From: Octopus vulgaris
Taxonomy: Eukaryota
DNA length: 64,000 bases
Assembly (NCBI GenBank): GCA_951406725.2
Contig: OX597817.1
Span: 143,344,001-143,408,000 of the forward strand
Reading direction: 5' to 3'
Shown: positions 13,925-27,779 of the stretch, one piece after another
Layout: each line of letters opens with the position of its first letter
Numbering within the stretch: position 1 is the stretch's first letter
Program-made: the position numbers and the translations under genes
The notes under the pieces: generated by a model
The model's database searches: none
Seen by the model: the letters and a program-made list of their open reading frames with translations, nothing else
What the model was told of the DNA's origin: nothing

Positions 13925-14130
13925 CTTCAAATTTTTGGCACAATGCCAGCAATTTTGGGGAAAGGGGTAAGCCGATTATATCGACCCCCAGTATTCAACT
14001 GGTACTTATTTTATCAACACCCGAAAGGATGAAAGGCTAATCGACCTCGGCGGAATTCGAACTCAGAACGTAAATACGAATGAAATGCATTTTGTCCGGC
14101 ATGCTAACGATTCTGCCAGCTCACTGCCTT
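13925..14130 (-). mobile_element. SINE family A
   Basis: Reverse complement of the family A consensus. Confidence 0.8.
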
Positions 14131-14159
14131 ACTCGACGCCCTCACTATGTTCTTGTGTT

Positions 14160-14362
14160 CATTTACTGGTTTCAGTCATTTGACTGCGGCCGTGCTAGAG
14201 CAGCGCCTTTAATCGAACAAATCGACCGCAGGACTTACACTTTGTATGCCTAGTACTAATTCTATCAGTCTCTTTTGCCGAACCGCTACTTTACGGGGAC
14301 GTAAACACACCGACATCAGTTGTCAGGCGATGACGGAGGTGGACAAACACAGACACACAAAC

Positions 14363-14399
<37 letters not shown>

Positions 14400-14526
14400 C
14401 GATGGGCTTCGTTCAATTTCCGTCAACCAAATCTACTCACAAGGTTTTTGGTCAGCCCGAGGCTATAGTAGAAGGTTCCATGTAGCTGGGAAGCAAGCTT
14501 CTTACCACACAGCCACGCCTGCGCCT
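14160..14526 (-). mobile_element. SINE family B
   Basis: Reverse complement of family B. Confidence 0.8.
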
Positions 14527-14961
14527 TTAATTCTTTTCTACTTAATTAACCAACGAAACTGGTAGATAGGCTACTCGCTTTACTATCATTTCGTCTTTCC
14601 TTACACAGACACAAACATATGCACTCTAAAAGATACACAGAAACACAGAAACACACAAATACAGAGAGAGAAAATAAGAAAGAGAAGAACAGAGAACAAG
14701 AAACGTCATTGCAAAACCCCTTTTCCTGCTTTCCTGTCTGGTATTAGAATCGTGAAATATTCCTCAGCCCACGGGTTTCATTCCATACAACGCGCCTACA
14801 AGCGTAGACGTAGCTGCGTAAGTAAGAAATTCGTTTTGCAGCCATGTGGTTTTAAGTTCGATTCCATGACATAACACCTTGTGCAAATATCTTTAGTCAT
14901 AGCCTTGACCAATATTTTCCGAGTGAGGAATTGATAATCGTAAATGTAAGCTACACTGAAA

Positions 14962-16313
<1,352 letters not shown>

Positions 16314-16454
16314 ATACAATATATATATATATATATATATGCATATGTATGTGTGCAAGTATGTTTATGGGAATAAGTGAGGCTTAGCGGCAGGAAGGGC
16401 ACCCAGCTCTAGAAAAACTACATCATGAATGGTTATGATGATATAGATGTATAC

Positions 16455-16537
<83 letters not shown>

Positions 16538-16867
16538 CCGAATATCCGGTGCGTTCCAGGCTGAAAATGGCTAGAAATGCCGCACAATTGCTCTTAATAA
16601 ATGTATATTCGGTTTAATAAACTATTTCATTTCATTTAAGAAGTTTATCTTTCATTTAGGAAATTAAATTATATTGTCTTACACATTTATAGCATTCTGG
16701 TGTCTGATTCACGATATTACAGTTAAATCCTCGATATTTCAAGAATATTAAATAAAAACATACGATTAAGTAATTGTGAAAACAGTTTTATTTTATTTCA
16801 TTCGAAACTAATACCGAACATAATGTATTTTATTCTTAAAATTCTCTCATTTTTAAAAAATAATTTG

Positions 16868-17040
16868 AAAATTTAGCAGTAACCAGAGTGACGAGACATA
16901 AACAGCCAATCAAAATTTAGCAGTAGCCAGAGTGACGAGACAAACAGCCAATCAAAATTTAGCAGTAACCAGGATGACGAGACATAAACAGCCAATCAAA
17001 ATTTAGCAGTAACCAGGGTGACGAGACAAACAACCAATCA
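16868..17040. repeat. Four ~45 bp tandem repeats
   Basis: aaaatttagcagtaaccagagtgacgagaca(ta)aacagccaatc x4. Confidence 0.9.
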
Positions 17041-17109
17041 ACCAATAAAAATAAAATCGTTTTCATGTCGTGTTAAAACCAACAGATCCAAATAATGAAG
17101 TGACAAGTA

Positions 17110-17437
17110 AAGATTTTGCATTATGTAGCTTGTTATTCTCTTTAAGTGAACATTTTTCTGGTTGAAATACACCGAAAAATGGTGACACAGCAATCAAAAA
17201 ATCGCAAAAATTAGGGATTTTCATAGAAAAAAAGCACCTTTTTGATGTAAATCATTTTTGGTGTTAACATGGTCCGATTTGAATTTTTTCTTCTACGGAA
17301 GGAAAGGCAAGCCTTCTTCTATCATACTCTCAATTTTGGTTGACTTGCGCCGCAGGGTCTCGGAGGAGATAGTGTTAGTTGAAGGCTTTCAAACCAGCCA
17401 TACACAAACAATTTCAGCTTTATATATAGAGAGAGAT
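17110..17437 (+). mobile_element. Helentron/DINE-like non-autonomous element, partial
   Basis: Matches 26945-27270; ends ctttatatatagagagagat. Confidence 0.65.
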
Positions 17438-17632
17438 TAGATATGTATCCATCATTGGTTCGCCAATCCTGAGCATTATCATAACAACACCTCAGGATAC
17501 AAAATTTTCTTTGGTTTCCAACTATCTAAATTCCTACATAGAACATGTCATCCTCAAGATCCAATCCAGCAACAGCTTATGTTTGCCTTTTGGGATTTAA
17601 CACAATCAGTGAAATGAGAACAGAAGTGTAGA

Positions 17633-17768
17633 TGTAGTAAAGATTGTTTGCCAACATAACATGGCAGTCTCCAGCTGGCTATACGACACGATCTGTGTCC
17701 TTACGTTTTTCTAACATTCGTCCTAAACCAGGACTGTCATGTTATGTTGGCAAACAATCTTTACTACA
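17633..17768. mobile_element. MITE-like inverted repeat with ~37 bp arms
   Basis: tgtagtaaagattgtttgccaacataacatggcagtc / gactgtcatgttatgttggcaaacaatctttactaca. Confidence 0.75.
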
Positions 17769-17949
17769 AAGTACCGTTGCTGAATATCTCACGTTGTAAG
17801 ATTTAAAAATAATAATTTTCTAAGAAGAGTAGATAACATATGGTATAAGCTTAACCACTTATTTCGTATCATTGATATATCCGCAACTGATCAAATTATT
17901 AGAGATCTTTTTGTAACGGAATTCTGTGCGATGGTAAACCGGAAGATTT

Positions 17950-19620
17950 CAATGATTATTTTCCCTTTTGAAGGATAATGAACGATATCTTCTTGGTCTA
18001 CAATGTTTATTGATCCTGTTTCATTGAAATGCCTACAGTGGTCACCAGTTGGTGTTGTTGATCAGAATACATTTTGGTAAGGCTACTTGTGAATTAGCTA
18101 ATGTTTTTGCAGACTACGAAACACTTCTGACAGAAAGTCATCAGCTATTTTAATTATTGTACTTACAGAAAACTGGATCCATGGTACCATTACTGTCGGA
18201 AAGAAATCTTCCTTTTCCAACATGTAACGAATTTTAAACAAAATGATTATACGATAAATCTCCGAAAAAATTGTCTCTCAAACGTGTAGACAGTTTGAAG
18301 ATTTTAACTTTGACCCAATGCGATGATGATTGAAAACAAGTACAGGTAAATTTCATTGAATTTTATTCCTTTGTGGTTACTAGTAAGGTCTGATGGAAGT
18401 CATCTGGCCAGTCCACCGCTACTCCTCCCTATTGAGGTCTATTGTCAAGTTACGCAGTGAATATGGTTTCATTATCATTGACATGCACTACAAATATAAT
18501 TGTATGATACTCCTTTAAAAATATTCTGTTGCTAAATCATTGACCTCATTGTTGTTAGGCGCTGAGGAAGGCTGTATTTTTTAAAGTTTTAGGCCATTTA
18601 TATCTTTGACTTTGTCAATAAGGATTTCCTTATATATTTCATTTCTGCACCCTATTTCTGTCAGGGTACACCTGTTGAACTTGATGTTTGATATCTTCGA
18701 CAAGGTCGTCGCAAAACTTGAGCCAAAGTGGAAGTGGATTGGGTGGGTGGTTCTCAAGCTTTTTCCCAGTATGGTAAAAAGAACACTAAGCTTCTTAACT
18801 GGTTGAGATACAAAAGCTTCTGACTGTGGGGCATCCCAATTGGTATCCTTCTCTAGCAAGCCAACTATAAAGTACATCCCTCTGCAGGTGGTGTAAGCTT
18901 TGCCAGTCGAAGACCAAAAAATGTACTTCATCCACCCACTTTATCAAAAAGATACAGTCACACCGAATGGTGTGTGCAGTTAACTTTCTTCCGATACTAC
19001 TATAAAAACTTATGTCAGACTGACCTTCAAGAAAGGGAGCCGTACTTTCTTCATCCCCATTGATTATTGTTCCATGAATTGATGGTACAGCTATGTATTT
19101 GTGGAGAGACCACATTGGCACAGACTGAAAAGAAAAATCTAAAGGCTGTGTCCTGTCCAAGTTGTACTTGCTGAGCAGCAATTGATTGAATGAAGTAAAG
19201 CAGTTTGACATTATTTTCTAAGTAGACATTATATTGGTGTGACTTCATAAATAGAAGTGACGAGAAATGCCAGAAAGCATCATTGCTGATGATTCCTTGT
19301 TCTTGCAGGAATCGGACAACTTCATCCCTGCTGGTTTGCTTTGTCAGATCAAATTTGGCAGGTGTCAGCGCCCTTTATGACTTATTGGCAGACACTTAAA
19401 GAACATTATTAAATTTCAGAGCTGCAAATTTCATCCGTGCATCAAATGTTTTGGTTAGATGTCGGTCATCAATTTCATACTGTCCAACTAAGATTTGGAA
19501 TCCTCCATCTTCTCTTGCTCTTTTTCAGTTTGAGCTTCTTTGCAAAATGGTTTTGGAAACCCTTTGGGAATTTGCTATCTTCCACTCGAAGTGACTTCTT
19601 GTGGCGGTCAACATGAGGAC
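17950..19620 (-). pseudogene. Unidentified decayed intronless coding tract
   Basis: Overlapping frameshifted minus-strand ORFs (19248-19051, 19211-18795, 18931-18581) with protein-like composition and no microsatellites. Confidence 0.4.
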
Positions 19621-20199
19621 CATGAATAATCTAGGATTTAACAAAACTAAGTGAATCATATTTGTTAACCAGATCAAAATGTGCGCCTCACTGAAGACCT
19701 TTTTACTGCAGTATTCATGATAGAAACGTTACTTCAAGCAACTTTCAGCATAAAATACTATAAAATTAGTCCCGTAGCCACAAAATTTGTTCGCCGCATA
19801 AATTCCTTAAAATTACATAATATGACTCCCGTACAGTATAACCAGCTGCAGGTCTACATGAATCAAGTCTTTTTATAAAACTGTAAACCTTGCCAAACAG
19901 AAACAGACAGCAAGGGAGTGAGAGAAGTAGAGAGAGAGAGAGAGAAAGACGGAAATAAAGAAGGATAGATAGCAATTGAGAGAGAGAGAAATGAAGAGAT
20001 AGTGATATAGTGATAAAGACAGAGAGTGAAAGAGAAACGAAGAAAAACTTTTTGAAATGGCAAAGCTTTTCGATGAGCAGAAAGATAGAATGTTAAAACA
20101 TTGATATTCAGCATTGTAAAGAAAACTGAGAAATAACAGACGATAGCTACATAACTACATAGCAAAAGATCAAGATGGACATATACACTCTTATAATGG

Positions 20200-20245
<46 letters not shown>

Positions 20246-20264
20246 GCGTGCGTGTGTGGATGGA

Positions 20265-20300
<36 letters not shown>

Positions 20301-20503
20301 TGTGTGTGTGCACGCGCGCGTATATATGCATAGCTTCATGAATATAGGAGTTATTCGTTAGTTACAAGAAATTTCGGAGATGTCCTTGCATAGAAAGTGA
20401 CCTGATCTGAGATCGTGTGCTGGGACGAAAACAATTGCAACGTGGAAGCCATTTAAAAACACACAAAAACCGTCAGATTCACTTCAACATTTAAATTTAA
20501 TTT

Positions 20504-20548
20504 GCCAAAATATTTTCGTCGCTTTGAGACCACAACCTGTTCACTGGC
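20504..20548 (-). ncRNA. Minimal hammerhead-like motif, G3:C8 variant core
   Basis: gcca GTGAACA g gttgt-ggtctcaaa-gcgac GAAA atat TT tggc. Confidence 0.5.
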
Positions 20549-20680
20549 GAAATATGTTCTGGTCCAGAAAAGGAGACCAATCTGTTATTAGTCTTTGGCG
20601 TAATGTAAAGAATATGCCGTATCATTAAAATGTTAGAGGTTTTGAAAGATTTGTTATGGTTCTGGCTATCACAGAATTTT

Positions 20681-20725
20681 GTCAGTGAACAGGTCACGGT
20701 CCCCAAGCGACGAAAATATTTTGGC
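20681..20725 (+). ncRNA. Minimal hammerhead-like motif, G3:C8 variant core
   Basis: gtca GTGAACA g gtcac-ggtccccaa-gcgac GAAA atat TT tggc. Confidence 0.5.
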
Positions 20726-21534
20726 AAATTAAATTTAAATGTTAAAGTGAATCTAACGGTTTTTGTGCTTTTAAATGGCTTGTAAACACCTTTCATGCTG
20801 CAATTGTACAAGAATTTCGTGTTCGGAAAGTGGAGATTTCGGACGGGCTTGTAAAACGCGCCGGTACGGCACTGTACGCTACACAAGCCCGTCCGATAAC
20901 TGAGTTACCCGACCATGAAACTTCAAGTAGCTCACGTATAACTCCTGTGTCTATTAAACCATGTATACATATATTCATGTATTATGTTATGATTGATTGA
21001 TTGATTCTAGTTTCAGCTTATGAGCTGTGGCCATGCTGGGGCATATATTATATTATATTATATTATATTATATTATATTATATTATATTATATTATATCA
21101 TCTAGGCATGTATGTATCTCTTCCGTCGTAATACAACGTCAAAAACTGGTGCTCTTCAAAGTGAAATCCTCTGCACCGAATTACGGATACTCCCTTGTCA
21201 GTCTCACAGTCAGAACTGCAGCGACCCGATGATTATCTTGTAACCAGTTGTTTCACTTCAACCAGCGACACAAAAACTATGATCTCCCATATATACGAAG
21301 TACTTTCTGTCAATTATTTCTTTCGGTTGACAACATTGAAGAACGACACCAAGGATCTATCATTCTTGTCAATCAATCGATTAACAGACAGCTATATTCG
21401 CTTTCACTATGTGCCCTCTCCGAAGAGAACTTCATTTTACAGTACTTCTTCATTCTCCGCACGTAGGTCTTGCCTACACGATCTTACCATCTCCGGTTAG
21501 ACCGTAACGTATTCCACAACAAAATCTCCAAGTT

Positions 21535-21620
21535 GGTGGTGGTAGTAGTGATGGTGGTGGTGGTGGTGGTGGTGGTGGTGGTGGTGGTGGTGGTGGTGGT
21601 GGTGGTGGTGGTGGTGGTAG
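21535..21620. repeat. (GGT)n microsatellite
   Basis: Direct tandem repeat. Confidence 0.95.
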
Positions 21621-23187
21621 TTGCGGGGGTGTTATTTTCGTTGTCCTTATTGTTAGCAAACCTATGGCCGAAAGCAAACCATCCAAGACCATATTCACCT
21701 TTCCCCTTTATGCAGAAGTTTTTTTTTTTAAGTGGTAGGGTGTAATATTTAAAAGTGTGAGATTTAGTTGCTATTTCTACTACATCAAGTGACCAGCAAG
21801 AAGCTCCATTGTTCTCGTCACCAAATTAGTTTCCAGTCAAAAGTTATAAGAACGCAAGATAGCAAAAGACATCCTAAGAATAACTATCAATTTCCCTTCC
21901 TATTTGTTCGTGAAGAATACGTAACCAAAACCATAACCAGTCTTTCAAAGCCTCTAACATTTTAATGATACGACATATTCTTTACATAATGCCAATGACT
22001 AATAACAGATTGGTCTCCCTTTCTGGACCAGAACATATTCTTGATTTGAGTTGTTACCAATCCTATTCAGAATGCTAGTAAGTCTTGGACTTCAGTTTCT
22101 GCCCACCAAGGCAACATTATTGACCCCCCCACCCCGCATATTTCGGACTTCTGTATTAACCATGTATACATCTAAAGCTTGAATAGTGACTACTCATATA
22201 TCTAAGGGTTCACTATTACTACCCATATATCTAAATCCTGAGGACTGACTACCAGTTCAGCTAAGACGGTGTACACACTACACTCACATACGTTATAGAC
22301 CGTATATAAGGAACGTTGATCTCTTCTCTCGTTTTACACGACTGGAGCCGTCCTTTTGCTCCTGCAGAATAAGCTGAGTTTATACCAACGCTGACTCAGC
22401 CTACACGAGGCCCTTGTACCTCTCATCGCGAAAACCTCCACTATATTTCCGTTCTCCTGGTCATGGATTAAATTATTTCTCTGATTCTTCTGCAAAATTA
22501 CAACACTTTGGAAGCCCCTTTTACGCATTCCCATTCTTAGTATTAACATACAATTTAGAATATATACTAGCTATATTCCTTTTCCCATCAGTCTAGAAGA
22601 ATCTAATTTGTCTAACACTGCGCACTTCTAATTAGTTTAAACACTTCACATTTTCCTCTTCAGCGTAACAAACACAAAGTACAGAGTCATGAGGGATTCT
22701 CGTGTCGTATCGACATAGGAGTGACTAATCGTTTTCATCAACTGGACACCCTATTCCCTAAATTAGCGTGCAAAGTGGAGGAGCATTCCACAGACCTTAA
22801 AGTACACATAAAGTAGTTCTCGAGTAGAATCAGCGTCACACAGTGTGATAAAGTACATCCAAGGAGCTTCTACACGGTTCTCATTCCAATTTACTCACAA
22901 GACTTCTGTCGACCCAGCACTAAGATAAATGCACCAGCCCAAGATGTATGAGCCAACTCGAAACTCACAATTATGAGACGAAATCCTCGACCGCACAACC
23001 AGACCAACATCCACATAAACACTAAAACACACACACACACACAGAGATAAACACACATTTAAATATGTACAATCCCACCGAAACATGTATGAATATTTAA
23101 GAATGTAAACATATATAAAAGATTTACAGGCATTAAAACATTACATTTCGTCCCTTTATTTTCATTATAAGCATTCAAACCACAAAC

Positions 23188-23942
23188 CTTATTTTCTATT
23201 GGTGGGTTTATCCAGCTCTTGTTGTCACGAAAGTTTAAAAAGCTGTAAGGAAAATCATAGTTGTAAAACCCCTCGTTGAACACCTCATCGGAGGGTTCAC
23301 GTATTGCATAATGCGGCTCTTCCGGTATACTGAGCGCTTGGTTGGGGAAATAACAGCTGGTCGTTTCATGTGTAGATTGCGGTGGCATGGGAGGGTTCTG
23401 GCTCTGATCGTAATTCAACGGAAGGTAAAATTCCACATTGGGCACCGGGTATTCATTGGGCCACAAGTTTTTATCGTAATCACAAAAGTTCTGCTGGTAA
23501 GTAGGATAACCATCGATCGTATGGTTCCACTCCCAGGAGGGAGTGTTATATGAAGTAAAGTTCTCTCTTTCCCTGCTTCGGGATTCATGAAACGATGGTT
23601 TTTTCGTGGAGGCTTGTCGCTTCTGTGGACTGTCTTGGATAGATTCTGCACTTTTGGAAGACTCATAATCATGGCTGGTGCTGGGATAATTACTGCGTCG
23701 CTCCTCTTCCGAATGCTTCGACCCACGGCTATTCTTGCTCTTTGACAAATTCTGGTAATTCTTCTTTCTTGGATAACATTGGTTGTCTGAAGATCGAGGA
23801 ACAAAGCTTCGGTGCCAGGTATGAGTTTGTTCACGTGATGGAGTACTAGAATCTCGGCGTTTGGAAGCAGTGTAATCGCTTTTGGATTGATGGCGGTTGG
23901 TCCTTTTAGGCGGCTTCTGCTTTTCAGATTTGGTATGACTAT
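23188..23942 (-). CDS. Putative 755 bp internal exon of an unknown S/R/K- then Y/P/N-rich protein
   Basis: Acceptor tctctctttggttttcag|AT (phase 1); 251 open codons SHTKSEKQKPP...WINPPIENK; donor AAG|gtttgt (phase 0). Confidence 0.75.
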
Positions 23943-24024
23943 CTGAAAACCAAAGAGAGAAGGGTTTGATTATTCTCCTAGCAAACAGAAATGGAAAAGA
24001 TATGGAAATATTTCTTTATACCAT

Positions 24025-24362
24025 TAAGCGCAAACATGGCTGTGTGGTAACAAGTTTGCTTCCCAAGCACATGATTCCGAGTCTTCAATCCCACTGCGAG
24101 CCGACCAAAGCCTTGTGAATGGATTTGGTCGACGCAAACTGAAAGAAGCCCATCGTGTGTGTGTGTGTGTCCACCACCACCGGCTGATAACCGCAGTTGG
24201 TTTGTTTACACTCCCGTTACTTAGCGATTCCGCAAACGAGAGACCGTTAGATAAGTACCAGGCTAAGAAAATAACTACTGGGTCAATTCGTTCGACTAAA
24301 AATTCTTCAAGGCGATGCCCCAGCATGGCCGCAGTCTACTGACTGAAACAAGAAAAAGATAA
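24025..24362 (+). mobile_element. SINE family B
   Basis: Match to family B with an internal deletion. Confidence 0.75.
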
Positions 24363-24399
24363 AACGATTCAAAGTAGACCAAAGTTATTGTTTCCTTTA

Positions 24400-25290
24400 A
24401 TAATTAAAGACCTACCTGTAATTAAAGAAACTACCTGTACCTATGATTATAGGCCTATTGGTAGTTAAAAAGCCACCTGCCCTTAAACAGTGACCTGTAA
24501 TTAAAAACCTACCTGTATCTATGATTATAGGTCTATTGGTAGTTAAAGACCAACCTGTAATTAAAAACCTAGCTTAATTAAAAGGCTACCTGTAATTAAT
24601 GCCCAACGTGTAAAGACCTACCTTTAATTAAACACCTTTATGAAGTAAAACATATATATTATACACCTACCTGTACTTAAGCGCCTAACTATAATTAAAC
24701 AGTAAAGCGAGTCGCCACATCAAAGTGGCGGTTAAATGTTACTATTAGTTGAACCCCAGACAGATTCTCTGTCTGCTGGTTTTCGGTGCAACACTCTGCA
24801 GCCTTTGTATACAATATATTGCTAGCGGTGGTGGGGAGCGAACCCTTACATCCTCCAGCAGCTAACAGGGTTGCTTACAATATATCGCAAGCAGAAGCGG
24901 ATCTTACCTATCACTCCAGTGCGCAGATGCACGCGGCTGAAGACGAACCAAACAGCTCGAAACTGGGTCAGCCTTGCGATCCTGTTAACTGCTGGAGGGT
25001 AGTAGGGGTTCGTCCCCCACCAACCCAACCATCTCCCGCTAGCCATATATATTGTATATAAAAGATGCTGAACGTTGCACCGAAAACCAGCTGGTGGAGA
25101 ATCTGCCTGGGGTTAAACTAGTAGTAACATTTACCTGCCACTTTGATGTGGTAACTCGCTTTACTGTTTAGTATACGTAACTACTCTATCACTTATTGAG
25201 ATTTTATAACTATCTACTTCGCTTATAATTAAACACTTATCTGTAATTAAACGCCTACCTGTAATTAAACACCTCCCGTTAATTAAAATG
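24400..25290. repeat. ~17 bp degenerate repeat array (taattaaagacctacctg) split by a fold-back insertion
   Basis: Units at 24400-24695 and 25220-25290; one inverted unit near 26300-26325; resembles MITE subterminal repeats. Confidence 0.7.
24696..25170. mobile_element. Long fold-back element with an HHR-like motif in the loop
   Basis: Arms ~24696-24876 and ~24975-25170; loop contains CTGAAGAc gaac-caaaca-gctc GAAAC tgg GTC at 24937-24969. Confidence 0.75.
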
Positions 25291-25829
25291 ATACCAAGGA
25301 TGAACTGGTTGAATTTATTTGAATGAAATCAAAACCTCATTCTTCGTTGACACCTCAGTAATAACTGTTTTTGTTTTTCTTACAAAACCACAGAGAAGGG
25401 TATAGTGTGTTAAATCAACCTCAGTACAGCACTGGTACTTAAACTCACCGATCCCAGTACTACATTGTTACATATTTTGTCGAGCCCGGTTTGTTGAAAG
25501 GTAAAGTTAAAACGAGCAGGATTTAAACACGTAAAAGGGACGCAACTCTATATTTAGTACAATTTTATCATTCCATTATCTTTCCTGACAATAATCGTGT
25601 CGGTACAAAAGCTCACTTTGCAGCTATGTCGTTTCGGGTTCAATACCAATGAGCGGCGCTTTGAGCAAACACCTTCGGCCATCACCTTGAGTTGATTAAT
25701 GCTTTATGAAGGAAATTTAATAGACTGAAACTAGGCGAGACTGTGTCTGTTCTTATCAGTCGCACGATTTAACATTATCAACCGGTCCTTGCGTCCCTTT
25801 AAAAGGATCCAATCTATTGCCAGTATTCT

Positions 25830-26260
25830 AGTTAATTCACCAGGCTGAGGATAACGTCATCCTTTCCTACAGGTACCCTTTTGGGGGCAGCTGTAAGCAG
25901 GGATGACATTCCTCTTCTTCCCTGATTAAGTCGTATGATTTTAAAAAATGGGTCCTTTCTGTTTGACACACACGTTCCAATTTCATTGAAGTTTTTCGAT
26001 ATCATCGTGGGCTGCACCTGAATGCATCATCGGTGATGTTTCCTGGCATCAATAGAAGTTTTGGGTCTTAGAGCAATAAAACATCTTAGCTCAGGTGACC
26101 CTACCAGGGTTGAGAAAGCCCCAGCTTGAGTCCACTTAGCATTGTCCCCTTCAGGGCTCACACTTTCTGACCTATAGCCACTTTGAGGCAACCTCTGCTC
26201 TTTTCACAGCCAACTCGAGGACCTCCTTATTTACAGTCTGGTCTTTACCGGGAGATCTTT
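25830..26260 (-). mobile_element. Possible decayed RTE LINE 5' end
   Basis: ccctggtagggtcacc 5'UTR-like motif followed by an EIGT.. start resembling the IGTWNV endonuclease motif. Confidence 0.35.
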
Positions 26261-26874
26261 AACTACAGACAGAACCATAATTATCGATACAGTTGGTTTC
26301 TTTAATGACAGGTAGGTTTTAATTGCGTACAGGTCACGTATTTCCATCTGTAGTTATCTGAACTGCAAGAAATAGCAGCTAAATTTCCTTCAGACACTGT
26401 GCCGTCTTAGAAAAGAGCACATTGGATAATGAGGTCCTGTGCTCCCTGCATATAAGAAACTGGGTATTTTCTGCGAAAATATAAAGAATGTGTGAAGTGA
26501 CTTTATTCAACTAAGGGTGCCTTGTATTCGGCCACTCGACCTGCTTGGAAAAGCAGTCAATTCTCCCTTAAATAAACTTTATAGGCCCCTATGTTGTAAT
26601 GGCTGCAGAGGGACTGACTTGCAAACCCTCTGAATCCCACCTCGATGGGGTCAAACATTGTTTGCAGCCCATTAAAAGTTTCTATACAGATGTATAAAAA
26701 TTTTTACATGCCAGTTATATAAATCACGACCAATGGGGATGGTTTTAAACAGTTGCTATGGTAACATGGCAATGACGATCGTCTGCTGTTGTTAACTGGA
26801 TAAATCTGACTGGCAAAATGACCAAAAAAAAATGAATCTCGATCTTTAGCATTTCGTAAATTATTTTATTATTA

Positions 26875-27270
26875 ACTAGCAGTATCGCCCGGCGTTGCTC
26901 CTGTTTGTTTCGACCCTTTAGAATTGGAATTTTTGAAAAGTAAAAATTTTGCATTATGTAGCTTGTCATTCTCTTTAAGTGAACATTTTTCTGGTTGAAA
27001 TACACCGAAAAATGGCGACACAGCAGTCAAAAAATCGTAAAAAATAGGGATTTTCATAGAAAAAAAAAGCACCTTTTTGATGTAAATCATTTTTGGTGTC
27101 AACATGGTCCGATTTGAATTTTATCTTCTACGGAAGGAAGAGCAAGCCTTCTTCTATCATACTCTCAATTCTGGTCAACTTGCGCCGCGGGGTCTCGGAG
27201 GAGATAGTGTTAGTTGAAGGCTACCAAACCTGCCATACACAGACAACTTAAGCTTTATATAGAGAGAGAT
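26875..27270 (+). mobile_element. Helentron/DINE-like non-autonomous element
   Basis: actagcagtatcgcccggcgttgctc start; ctttatatagagagagat end; copies at 17110 and at 54089 (minus). Confidence 0.7.
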
Positions 27271-27779
27271 TTCTCCTAAAAACGGTAGTTATGACTGTTT
27301 CGTAATCGATAAGCAAAACTACATCTGAACGGAAACGTTCAAAAAAATCATTCGAGTCACACCAAGAAGACACATAAAAATTTGTTGAGTTGGTCTCATT
27401 GGAAACTTTGTACTAGGAAACGTATTTCAGCGGCGTTTGGGAATAGTTATTTATCACTACTTTATAGGGAAGGAAAGAAACAAGAAACTGACTTTGTTTT
27501 TTTTTCGTTTTGTTTTTACTATTTCATACAATTCTTTATCCGAGATTTTTATTATTTACAATTTCCCCTTCAGTTCCGTGCCGTTTTCCTTTCCCCATGA
27601 CACAGTGATGCTATCCCAAAACACCGTCTGCTTTTCTTTCTCCATTTTAGGAAAAACGACTTATTTCGCTTTTAACTAACCTCGGTCGTTAACCAGTTAA
27701 TTTTTAATACTAAAGGGGGTAGGGGTTCTTTCACCCTGTAACTCTTTCACCGGAAGCAAAACTAACGGTGTCATTATAA

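Larger units (their letters stand above)
20431..20807. mobile_element. Fold-back element, Penelope-type inverted terminal structure, with an HHR-like motif in each arm
   Basis: Arms ~20431-20548 and ~20681-20807 are reverse complements. Confidence 0.75.

Noticed and set aside
21470-21745. Poly-Val and poly-Pro ORFs
   Set aside because: (GGT)n microsatellite
23188-23942. Reflectin identity for the Tyr-rich exon
   Set aside because: No Met/Asp reflectin repeat motifs
24400-24695. CRISPR-like appearance of the 17-mer array (and the 45-mer array at 16868)
   Set aside because: No unique spacers, degenerate units, eukaryotic context, no cas genes
26745-27105. ORFs repeated at 54299-54526
   Set aside because: Chance ORFs within a non-coding Helentron-like repeat
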